This document shows, in pieces, positions 50,896-60,873 of a stretch of DNA of 64,000 bases (position 1 is the first letter of the stretch; each line of letters opens with the position of its first letter). Both the position numbers and the translations under genes were made by a program. A model generated the notes under the pieces. The model had not been told where the DNA came from and searched no databases. It saw only the letters and a program-made list of their open reading frames with translations. The DNA comes from Actinomycetota bacterium (GTDB lineage: Bacteria > Actinomycetota > CADDZG01 > JAHWKV01). The stretch is from assembly GCA_051005875.1 (NCBI GenBank), contig JBPCIX010000054.1, forward strand, positions 2,825 through 66,824. The letters are read 5' to 3'.

Positions 50896-51639
50896 TCAGG
50901 ATTTGGTCGCCAATAGGACGCGCTGCGTCAGGTGATTGCCTCCCGAAAGGGTGATTAGCTCGGTGCTTGCAATACCTATGCTTTTAATACCCATGCTTGC
51001 AATACCCATGCTTTTAATACCCATGCTCTTAATACCCCCGGCCGACGATTCCAGATCCTTCGTTGGCGATTCGATCTCGCTTTTGGCGGTTAGTATGATC
51101 TTGCCCCCAGTCTCACAGAGCGGTGCACACAATTGTAACGCCAATTTGGCCTCAGCTAGGGCTTTTGCCGTCACAAATGCTCCTTTACCGTCGAATCCAT
51201 CCGCTGCGGCTTGCTGAGCTGAGCCGTGAAATACCGTAATCTTTAGATCGAGATCACGCACCACCTTCTCTAAAAAAGCTACCGCTCTGCGCTTTGGCTC
51301 GACCAATACGCTTTCGAGCGCAGGCCCGCCTTCAGTGCGAGCGCGCTCAGACAGCGCTATAGCCATCGGGATGGCCGGCAACCCGGCGCCGCTTCCGACG
51401 TCGATTAGTAGCCTGTGGTGAGCGCTCGCTTGCCCCTTCGTTAAGACTTGGCGAGGATTTTCGAAGGCCCCGGACATCTGCTGTGCAATCAACTCGGACA
51501 TAAGAATACTTCGTTGAACCTGCTCCCGGGCCTGCTTTTCGGAAAGATGCACGAGCCCCGCCGGAAAGGCAACACTCCCTAAAAGAAAGACGTATCGGGT
51601 GAGGAGGTGCTCAGATTCAGATGAGATGGGCTCATTCAC
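50896..51639 (-). CDS. rsmG: 16S rRNA (guanine527-N7)-methyltransferase RsmG/GidB with an internal repeat insertion
   Basis: Contains LIDVGSGAGLPAIPMAIA (SAM motif). Located between jag and parA. The C-terminal region contains GIKSMGIKSMGIASMGIKSIGIAS. Confidence 0.82.
   Translation of the reverse strand: MNEPISSESEHLLTRYVFLLGSVAFPAGLVHLSEKQAREQVQRSILMSELIAQQMSGAFENPRQVLTKGQASAHHRLLIDVGSGAGLPAIPMAIALSERARTEGGPALESVLVEPKRRAVAFLEKVVRDLDLKITVFHGSAQQAAADGFDGKGAFVTAKALAEAKLALQLCAPLCETGGKIILTAKSEIESPTKDLESSAGGIKSMGIKSMGIASMGIKSIGIASTELITLSGGNHLTQRVLLATKS
50965..51039. repeat. 15-bp tandem repeat x5 (GCTT[GT][CT]AATACCCAT) encoding (MGI[KA]S)n
   Basis: Units start at 50965, 50980, 50995, 51010 and 51025. 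They alternate between two sub-variants. Confidence 0.9.
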
Positions 51640-51757
51640 GCAAGAACCAGCCTGACTCTTGAGAACTTCGGCCCACGGCCCTGACGGGGGCGAAAGGAAA
51701 AACGTGAAACATTAGGCGAAATCCCAGTCGCCCACACCAGCACAACGTCTTCAACGT

Positions 51758-52279
51758 CTAGCCTGTGCTTCTGATTACCACTCTGCGGTCAGGATCGCGT
51801 CCCTCGCTAAAGCTTGTCACTTCCTCGTTTAGGGCGACAATGTCGTGCACGAGCTTACGCTCATAAGAGCTCATCGGCTCGAGCTCGGCCTCGCCGTTTT
51901 CCAGCGCCTCCTGGATCACCTCTGAGGTGAGTTGTTCGATAGCCTGGCGGCGGCGTTCCCGGTAGCCTTCAACGTCAAGAGAAACCTTAAGTCCGGGGCC
52001 CACCTGGCGTTGAACGACGGCCCTTACTAGATCCTGCAGCGCATCAAGGGTCTTGCCCTTACGGCCGATCAGAAGCGCACTTTGTTCGCCGCTCAATGAC
52101 AGCGTCATCTGATCGGGCGGGGAAACCGCCGCCTGAACCTCGCCCTCAAGCTCCATTGCATCAAGCAGCCCCTCTAGGAAGTCGAGAGCCTCGTCTGACG
52201 CCTGCTCGAGCCGGCTTTCAGGCGTCTTCTCTGTTTCTCCGCTGAATTCTTCGCCTACGCCAAGTTCATCTTCGCTCAC
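51758..52279 (-). CDS. jag: Jag/KhpB-type RNA-binding protein (KH + R3H domains)
   Basis: The GTG at 52279 lies directly after the yidC stop. Contains LLIGRKGKTLDALQDL (KH) and MSSYERKLVHDIV (R3H). The 254-aa ORF-track version overlaps yidC and is rejected. Confidence 0.8.
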   Translation of the reverse strand: MSEDELGVGEEFSGETEKTPESRLEQASDEALDFLEGLLDAMELEGEVQAAVSPPDQMTLSLSGEQSALLIGRKGKTLDALQDLVRAVVQRQVGPGLKVSLDVEGYRERRRQAIEQLTSEVIQEALENGEAELEPMSSYERKLVHDIVALNEEVTSFSEGRDPDRRVVIRSTG

Positions 52280-52280
52280 G

Positions 52281-53276
52281 CTACCGCCGCCTGCCTTTCT
52301 TCTTTTTGTTCCTTCTTGCGCCCGAACCCTTTGCCTTGCCGGCGCCGGGCGGCGTCCCCCCCGGCTTGGCCCCATTGGTCTTGGCGATATTAGACTTCGT
52401 GTGCGCGGGCTTGGGGACCTTGGCTTCGCCGTTAGGAGACGGCGATCCGTTATCAGCAAGGGCCACCTGGGTGCCGGTGGTGGCTGCGGGTGAGCTTTTG
52501 GCTGTTTGAGCTTGAGGGCCATACTTCTTTAGGAGTAAGTACTGCTGCCCAATTGTCCAGATATTCGTGGAGGCCCAGTATAACGTCAGGCCGATAGGGA
52601 AATTGAGCGAGGCGAACACGAGCAATAGCGGCATGAACTGCATGATTTTCTGGGTTTGGGCCATTTGTGGGTCCATGGGTTGCGAGGCCGTCATAAGTTT
52701 TGTTTGGTACCACATCGTCAACCCCATAACGACGCAGAGGAGGTAATACGGCCACGCGTCCGGCAAACCCCCGGCTTTCAGCACTCCCGAGGGCTTAAAG
52801 TTAAGGTTCATACTTAGAAACGTCGCGCGGGACGCACGGATCGCTTCGTGAAGCGCGTTGGACTTCGGAATGAACCGCTCGGGCCTGCACCCCGCTTGGC
52901 TGATTAGCTTTGGGCACCCGCGCAGCACCTGATACATGGCCATAAAAATCGGCATCTGAAGCAAGGTAGGCAGGCAGCCCGCCAGACTACTGAGTGCGTT
53001 TACGCCGTGGTGGTCATAAAGCTTCTTCTGCTCCTCGTAGAGCTTGGCTCTGTCGTCTTTATGTTTCTCTTTTAGCTTTTTGAGCTCCGGTTGAATCTTC
53101 TTCATCTTCTCAGCGTTGGCGCGCTGGCCGATCATCATGTGCGCTTGTTTCACGGCCAACGGAATCATGGCGACGCGCACCGTTACCGTGAGTAGAATGA
53201 TCCCCACTCCATAATTTGGTATGAAGTTGTAGAAGACGCCGAGCAATTGGCCCATGCCAGATACGAGGCCGAACAT
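52281..53276 (-). CDS. yidC: membrane protein insertase YidC (short Gram-positive type) with Lys/Arg-rich tail
   Basis: Contains GVGIILLTVTVRVAMIPL, LPTLLQMPIFMAMY and a C-terminal KKKKGRRR. Confidence 0.9.
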   Translation of the reverse strand: MFGLVSGMGQLLGVFYNFIPNYGVGIILLTVTVRVAMIPLAVKQAHMMIGQRANAEKMKKIQPELKKLKEKHKDDRAKLYEEQKKLYDHHGVNALSSLAGCLPTLLQMPIFMAMYQVLRGCPKLISQAGCRPERFIPKSNALHEAIRASRATFLSMNLNFKPSGVLKAGGLPDAWPYYLLCVVMGLTMWYQTKLMTASQPMDPQMAQTQKIMQFMPLLLVFASLNFPIGLTLYWASTNIWTIGQQYLLLKKYGPQAQTAKSSPAATTGTQVALADNGSPSPNGEAKVPKPAHTKSNIAKTNGAKPGGTPPGAGKAKGSGARRNKKKKGRRR

Positions 53277-53593
53277 TATTTGTGTGAGATCCCAGAGCTC
53301 AACGGGCGCTTGACGTTTAGACTCCTCGTTTTAGGTGGTGGGACCGGATCGATCCCACCTTCGTGGAATGGATGACACTTTGAGATTCTCGCCATAGTCA
53401 GCTTGACGCCGGTCCATGGCCCGTGACCCTTTATAGCTAATTGGGCATATTCCGAGCACGAGGGCTGAAACCTACATTTAGGCGAGAAGAATGACGACAT
53501 GAAGCGATAGGTCGAAACAAAACCGAGCATTACCCGCTCGGCAGCGCTAACGATGGATGCGCCGGCCGCCTCCCAACCAGTGCCCCTAACCAA
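53276..53593 (-). CDS. yidD: membrane protein insertion efficiency factor YidD
   Basis: CRFQPSCSEYAQLAIKGHG...ARISKCHPFHEGGIDPVP. The start is either 53593 (overlapping rnpA) or the ATG at 53530. Confidence 0.75.
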   Translation of the reverse strand: MVRGTGWEAAGASIVSAAERVMLGFVSTYRFMSSFFSPKCRFQPSCSEYAQLAIKGHGPWTGVKLTMARISKCHPFHEGGIDPVPPPKTRSLNVKRPLSSGISHK

Positions 53594-53921
53594 CTTCAGG
53601 CCCGCAGTGAGCAGAGCGCCCTTCCATTATTTGGTTGAATTCAGTTGAGATTTGGTCATAAGACGCCTCATCGATGCCGCGTCGCGCTACGACAACCAAA
53701 TCGATCCCAGGATTGGTTAGGCGCATGATTCTCACAACTTCCTTTATTCGACGGCGAATTCGATTTCGTTCGACCGCGCCCCCGTGTTTTCGGGACACCA
53801 CAATTCCTACCCTTGCGGGAAGCCCATCGTGCCGATCCAGGATATAAACCTGGAGGTGAGCCGACACAACGCTCCGCCCATTTTTAAAGACTCGCTGAAA
53901 GTCTGAGGTTCTTAATGCCAT
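53586..53921 (-). CDS. rnpA: ribonuclease P protein component
   Basis: 111 aa. Contains FQRVFKNGRSV and GGAVERNRIRRRIKE. Located between rpmH and yidD. Confidence 0.85.
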   Translation of the reverse strand: MALRTSDFQRVFKNGRSVVSAHLQVYILDRHDGLPARVGIVVSRKHGGAVERNRIRRRIKEVVRIMRLTNPGIDLVVVARRGIDEASYDQISTEFNQIMEGRSAHCGPEVG

Positions 53922-53947
53922 GGCCTGAAGGCCGGTGTATGGAAATC

Positions 53948-54082
53948 CTAGTGGCTGAGCCGGGTCCGGCCTTTTGCGCGGCGCCGGGCCAAAATAACTC
54001 GGCCGGCCCGTGTTCGCATTCTCACCCTAAATCCGTGAGTCTTTTTTTGGTGCCGGGTGTTGGGTTGGTAGGTACGTTTCAT
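53948..54082 (-). CDS. rpmH: 50S ribosomal protein L34 (not in ORF track, 44 aa)
   Basis: Manual translation gives [44 protein letters not shown]. Confidence 0.93.
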   Translation of the reverse strand: MKRTYQPNTRHQKKTHGFRVRMRTRAGRVILARRRAKGRTRLSH

Positions 54083-54558
54083 CGTCTTTTTAACTCCTAA
54101 AAAACTCGAATTGTCGATTGTGAGTCAGGCATAACCCAAGCGTAATCCGAGCGTGGACAAATTATTATTCAGGCTCGCTAAGTTTGGCTTGGAGTGATTA
54201 TATCCGCTCGTTCGCCAATGCGTTTTCGCGACTTTGCCAGGATCTTATTCATCGTTATAATCAGCCGGGCACCAAGCGCTTACCTATGAGGTAGGTGAGG
54301 CAGGCCAAACCTCACTCCCCCGTTGTCCTACCTGTGCCGTTGTTTGTTTTAGCTACCTGAAAAGGGGACTTCAATTGATTAAAGTCAGGCTTTCCACATC
54401 TGTGGACTCACCTGTGTACAACTCTCATTTCCGCAGGTCTATTGGGTTGCCGGCCTTATTTGCGTCTACTGTTAATTGCCAACTTTCCCGTTATATTTCC
54501 CACTGGTCTGTGGATAAATGTGGGGCTTTTCCCAGCCCTGCTGGTTTATGGCCTGTTA
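54083..54558. promoter_or_regulatory. rpmH-dnaA intergenic region with DnaA boxes (dnaA promoter / part of oriC)
   Basis: A perfect TGTGGATAA (the reverse complement of TTATCCACA) lies at 54509..54517. An inverted pair CTTTCCACA (54390..54398) / TGTGGACTC (54401..54409) is present. CGTGGACAA lies at 54152..54160. The surrounding DNA is AT-richer than the flanks. Confidence 0.55.
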
Positions 54559-55911
54559 ATGACTAATCCTTCCAAATCCGCGGGAGATATTTGGGCCCAG
54601 GCTGCTGAGCAAATCAAAACAAGACTATCTCCGCCAATTTTTCGTTCATGGTTTGAATCAATTCGCGCTGCTGGTTTGGGTGGTAGCGAGCTCACTTTGT
54701 TAGTCCCTAGTCGCTTTGCTAAAGAATGGATTGAGCCCCGTTACCTTCCCCTTATCTCGGGCGCAGTCAGTAGCGCCGCCGGGCAGGATTTAGACATAAA
54801 AATCGATGTCGACAGCCAGTCGCCCGTGACGACTCCTTTTTATGCCCCAGTCGCTGTCACAGAGGTTCGGCCATCTTTTTTAAATTCGCGATACACCTTC
54901 GACACGTATGTAATTGGGGCTTCAAACCGTTTTGCTCACGCTGCAGCGCTGGCAGTGGCCGAGGCGCCTGCTCGCGCCTATAACCCACTTTTTATTTATG
55001 GAGGGGTTGGCCTTGGTAAAACCCATCTTTTACATGCTATCGGCCACTACCTACTTGACACACAACCTGGTTCAAAAGTTTGTTATGTATCGAGTGAGCA
55101 GTTTACAAATGATTTTATAGCTTCAGTTGGGGACCCGGGCCGTATTGCCGGTTTTAAGCGCCGATACCGTGAGAGTGACATTTTATTAGTTGACGACATT
55201 CAGTTTTTGGAGAAAAAAGAGGCGACTATTGAAGAGTTTTTTCACACATTCAACACCCTCCACGATGCTAGTAAACAGATTGTTCTCACCTCAGACCGGC
55301 CGCCCAAACAACTTGCCCTCGACGAGAGGGTCCACTCTCGTTTTGAATGGGGATTAATAACCGACGTCCAACCACCAGATCTCGAGACCCGTATAGCCAT
55401 CCTTCGCAAGAAAGCCGGACTTGAAGGAGTTGACCACCTTCCTGATGATGTTTTGGCTTTTATCGCATCACGGATAGAGTCCAATATTAGGGAGTTGGAG
55501 GGGGCCCTTATTCGGGTGATCGCTTTCGCAAGCCTGGATCGCAGCCGCGTCACAGTTGGGTTGGCTGAGAGTGTTTTAAAGGACCTTTATCCCGACAGCG
55601 GCCCAGGCACCATTACCCCTGATCTTATTTTGGTTGAAATATCCCGGTATTTCGACTTAAACCTTGATGAAATTCTTTCACTCAAACGCGACCGGCCGTT
55701 GGTAGACGCCCGGCACATTGCAATGTATTTATGCCGGGAGTTAACAGATTTATCACTGCCTCGTATTGGGCAGCGGTTTGGTGGCCGCGATCATTCCACA
55801 GTGATGCATGCGACCAGTAAAATTCGGAATTTAATGGCCGAGAAACGATCGACTTACAACCAAATTCAAGAGTTAACCAGCAGGATTAAAACCACTGCGA
55901 AGAAGTTGTGA
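54559..55911 (+). CDS. dnaA: chromosomal replication initiator DnaA
   Basis: The start [20 protein letters not shown] is at 54559. Contains Walker [23 protein letters not shown] and a domain [35 protein letters not shown]. The ORF-track N-terminal 39 aa overlap the DnaA boxes and are rejected. Confidence 0.95.
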   Translation: MTNPSKSAGDIWAQAAEQIKTRLSPPIFRSWFESIRAAGLGGSELTLLVPSRFAKEWIEPRYLPLISGAVSSAAGQDLDIKIDVDSQSPVTTPFYAPVAVTEVRPSFLNSRYTFDTYVIGASNRFAHAAALAVAEAPARAYNPLFIYGGVGLGKTHLLHAIGHYLLDTQPGSKVCYVSSEQFTNDFIASVGDPGRIAGFKRRYRESDILLVDDIQFLEKKEATIEEFFHTFNTLHDASKQIVLTSDRPPKQLALDERVHSRFEWGLITDVQPPDLETRIAILRKKAGLEGVDHLPDDVLAFIASRIESNIRELEGALIRVIAFASLDRSRVTVGLAESVLKDLYPDSGPGTITPDLILVEISRYFDLNLDEILSLKRDRPLVDARHIAMYLCRELTDLSLPRIGQRFGGRDHSTVMHATSKIRNLMAEKRSTYNQIQELTSRIKTTAKKL

Positions 55912-56157
55912 ATAACACTTGGTTACCAACACCGTTGTGGTTGAGTTCACAACCCAACCAGGTTAATCCAACTACAATCCCCCGCCCGAAACGTAGCTTG
56001 ACCTGCTTGTTTGGTGGTTTATCCCCAAAGCGCAGCTCTCTACTACTACTACTAGTTTTTAAGTCTTAAAGAACGCGAAACATTTTTTATGTGGAAAACC
56101 GTTTTACGTCAGGTTTGTCGGACCTAGTAATTAGTATTTAAATCATTGGAGGTTTGA
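55912..56157. promoter_or_regulatory. dnaA-dnaN intergenic region: candidate oriC with DnaA boxes and an AT-rich tract
   Basis: TTATCCCCA at 56019..56027. TGTGGAAAA at 56090..56098. Degenerate boxes at 55936..55950. AT-rich segment at 56052..56090. (TAC)4 microsatellite at about 56038..56055. Confidence 0.5.
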
Positions 56158-57258
56158 GTGATGCAGATTGAAGGCGAAAAGCAAACCCTGGTTGAAATTG
56201 GGCAATCGGTATTGAGGGTTGTGTCCCCCCGGGCAACTCTGCCGGTTTTGGGTGGAATCCGCATCACAGCCGGTGAATCGGGGGTGGAGTTCGCCGCGTC
56301 AGATCTCGAGATGTTTATAACCAGCACATATGATCTCGCCGTTAGTGAGCAGGGAGCGGTTGTTGCGCCCGGACGTCTTTTTAGTGAAATCTTAAGGAGC
56401 TTGCCTGGGGGTAAGGTAAGTATCAACGGGCAGGATGGGCAGGTAAGGATTGAAGCTGGCCGTAGTGAGTTTTCGATGAGAGGGTTTCCGGTGGCCGACT
56501 TTCCTCAGGCGCCCGAGGTGCCCGGCGGTGAGGCTTTTAAGGTTCCTGGCCTTGATTTAGGTAAAGCACTTAGCCGGGTGGTGCGGGCGGCCTCAACCGA
56601 CGAATCCCGCCCGGTTTTAACGGGTGTTCTGTGGATACTCGAGGCGGGTATGTTGAAATTAGTTGCGACAGATAGTTACCGGCTGGCGATCGCTGATGTT
56701 GTTGTTAAAGAGGCCCCCCCCGACAAACAGGCGATTGTTCCCGGGCGAGCCCTGACAGAGCTTTCCCGGCATATTGCAAACGCCGGCGACGCGGATGTCG
56801 AGGTTTGGTTGGGCGACAACCAGGCGGTTTTCAAAGTGGGGCACACACAACTGGTGACTAGATTAATTGAGGGAGAGTTCCCAAACTGGCGGAATTTAAT
56901 TCCAGATAATTATGAGAATAGATTATTGGTGAATCGAGACCACTTCGCCGGCGCTGTCGGCAGAGTCGGTTTGGTCGCTCAAGCGAACACGCCTATTAAG
57001 TTCCACCTAGAGGACGAAATTCAACTAACAGCCAGTGAATCTGGCGTGGCTGAAGCCACAGAGGTACTCGAGGAAGGAAAGTATGAAGGGTCACCGATGG
57101 TTGTGGCCTTCAACCCCAAGTTTTTTAGTGATGGGTTAGAGGGCGTTGATACAGAGCAGGCTTTACTTGAGGTGATTGATCCAGCCAAACCGGCCTTATT
57201 AAAAGCCGAAGACGACCCCAGCTACACATACCTGTTAATGCCGGTGCGGCTTCCCTAA
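56158..57258 (+). CDS. dnaN: DNA polymerase III beta sliding clamp
   Basis: 366 aa. Reads VSPRATLPVLGGIRI...ATDSYRLA...YLLMPVRL. Confidence 0.95.
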   Translation: MMQIEGEKQTLVEIGQSVLRVVSPRATLPVLGGIRITAGESGVEFAASDLEMFITSTYDLAVSEQGAVVAPGRLFSEILRSLPGGKVSINGQDGQVRIEAGRSEFSMRGFPVADFPQAPEVPGGEAFKVPGLDLGKALSRVVRAASTDESRPVLTGVLWILEAGMLKLVATDSYRLAIADVVVKEAPPDKQAIVPGRALTELSRHIANAGDADVEVWLGDNQAVFKVGHTQLVTRLIEGEFPNWRNLIPDNYENRLLVNRDHFAGAVGRVGLVAQANTPIKFHLEDEIQLTASESGVAEATEVLEEGKYEGSPMVVAFNPKFFSDGLEGVDTEQALLEVIDPAKPALLKAEDDPSYTYLLMPVRLP

Positions 57259-57286
57259 TGATGAGGGCATTGGTGCGCAACTTCTT

Positions 57287-58462
57287 TTGGAAGGCCAACG
57301 GCGACTGCAGATAGGAACTTTAGAGCTTAATAATTTCCGAAACTACACCAAGTCCTCGATTGAATTCGCGGGTGGGTTAAATATGGTTGTAGGGCGCAAC
57401 GGTCAAGGAAAAACCAACTTATTGGAGGCCGTTCATGTTCTTTGTGGTTTGGGGTCGCACCGCTCGACGCCCCACGCCGGGCTTGTCGAGCACGGATTTG
57501 AAGTGTCGATTCTTCGGGCGGGGGCCCACGTCAACCAACGGCAATGCCGGGTGGATGTTGAAATTAAAGTAAAAGGGGGGTTACGGCTGAGGGTAAATGA
57601 AATTCCATTTGAGCGGACACAAATCCACCGCGTTTTGCCGGCTTGTGTTGTGTTCTCGCCGGACGATTTGGTTTTGATTAAAGGGGGCCCAGAAGAGCGA
57701 CGAAGTTTTTTAGACACCATCATTACCCAAACCAACACCTTGGGTGCTGCTCATAAACACAACTTCGAGAAGATTCTTCGCCAGCGAAATGGAATTTTAA
57801 AGGCGGCTCAATTTAACGACCGGGCCCTTAAGCAGTTAGGTGTGTGGACGGACCAATTAATTATGGCCGCGGCTAAGTTGATAAGAGACCGGCTCGTCGT
57901 GTTGAAGCAAATTAGTGGGGAAGTATCGGTTAAGTACGCAGCTGTGGCGGGCAAAGGTGGGTCTGTTGGCGTTAGGTATCGCCCAACATGGACGTCGGGA
58001 ATACCTGAGGACTTTTTTGGGGCGGTTGAGGGCTCTTCTTTAACATCTGGGGGCTCCACGGAGTTGGAGTCGATCCAACAGGCAATGGCAAAAGGAATCA
58101 ACGGGTCTTCTGCGCGTGATTTGGAGCGAGGGATCACTTTGGTTGGTCCCCATCGCGACGACATTGAAATCACCCTCGACCGGGGTGACGCGAGACTCTT
58201 CGCCTCGCAGGGGGAGCAAAGGACTCTCGCGCTTGCTTTTAGGTTGGCCGAGTATGAGTTGGTGGCCCAGTCCAGGGGCGAAGAACCCATACTCCTACTC
58301 GACGACGTTTTTTCAGAGCTGGATGAGAGCCGGCGAAAGCGTGTTGCTGAAATTGTCCAGGGGGGAGCACAGGCGATTGTTACAGCCACCGGCGCCGAGG
58401 GCTTGCCTTTTGAGAGCGATCGGGTTGTCGTTGTGGAGGAAGGACAGTTGCGACTTGAGTGA
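57287..58462 (+). CDS. recF: DNA replication/repair protein RecF
   Basis: Contains LELNNFRNY, Walker A GRNGQGKTNLLEA, GPHRDD, SQGEQRTLALAFRLAE and LLLDDVFSELD. Confidence 0.9.
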   Translation: MEGQRRLQIGTLELNNFRNYTKSSIEFAGGLNMVVGRNGQGKTNLLEAVHVLCGLGSHRSTPHAGLVEHGFEVSILRAGAHVNQRQCRVDVEIKVKGGLRLRVNEIPFERTQIHRVLPACVVFSPDDLVLIKGGPEERRSFLDTIITQTNTLGAAHKHNFEKILRQRNGILKAAQFNDRALKQLGVWTDQLIMAAAKLIRDRLVVLKQISGEVSVKYAAVAGKGGSVGVRYRPTWTSGIPEDFFGAVEGSSLTSGGSTELESIQQAMAKGINGSSARDLERGITLVGPHRDDIEITLDRGDARLFASQGEQRTLALAFRLAEYELVAQSRGEEPILLLDDVFSELDESRRKRVAEIVQGGAQAIVTATGAEGLPFESDRVVVVEEGQLRLE

Positions 58463-58754
58463 TCCCCTAAAACTTGGGAGCCTGCTGGCGCAACTCGCCG
58501 CTAAATGGGGTATGGACTACCCGATGGAATCGGCGCGGCTCTTCGCCGGGTGGCAAGATATCGTAGGCGCTGAGATCGCCGCAAAATGCCAACCCACGGC
58601 GCTCAAGCAGGGGGTTTTGAAAGTGAAAACCTCGTCGCCGGCCTGGGCTTCTGAATTCAAATATTTGGCCCCAGCAGTTATTAAACGCGTGAACGAGGAA
58701 CTCGGGCACCCGGTGGTAAAAGAGATTAGGCCTTGGATAGAGAGGTCACATTGA
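58455..58754 (+). CDS. dciA: DUF721/DciA-family protein (Rv0004 position)
   Basis: The TTG at 58455 overlaps the recF stop. Reads MSDPLKLGSLLAQLAAKWG...WQDIVGAEIAAKCQPTALKQGVLKVKTSSPAWASEFKYLAPAVIKRVN. Located at the conserved recF-gyrB position. Confidence 0.72.
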   Translation: MSDPLKLGSLLAQLAAKWGMDYPMESARLFAGWQDIVGAEIAAKCQPTALKQGVLKVKTSSPAWASEFKYLAPAVIKRVNEELGHPVVKEIRPWIERSH

Positions 58755-58870
58755 CCCGCAGGCCAGAAATGTCCCCAAATGGCTCCTGATACCCTCCACC
58801 AAAGCCGAAATTTACGGACATTTGAGGGTCCTTGCATGGTATGCTTGGAAGGCGCCAAAACCTCTTTTGA

Positions 58871-60862
<1,992 letters not shown>

Positions 60863-60873
60863 GGGGTTACCAA

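Noticed and set aside
54442-54558. N-terminal 39 codons of the ORF-track dnaA
   Set aside because: The extension is hydrophobic nonsense ([17 protein letters not shown]...) and runs through the DnaA boxes. The conserved DnaA N-terminus starts at MTNPSK (54559).
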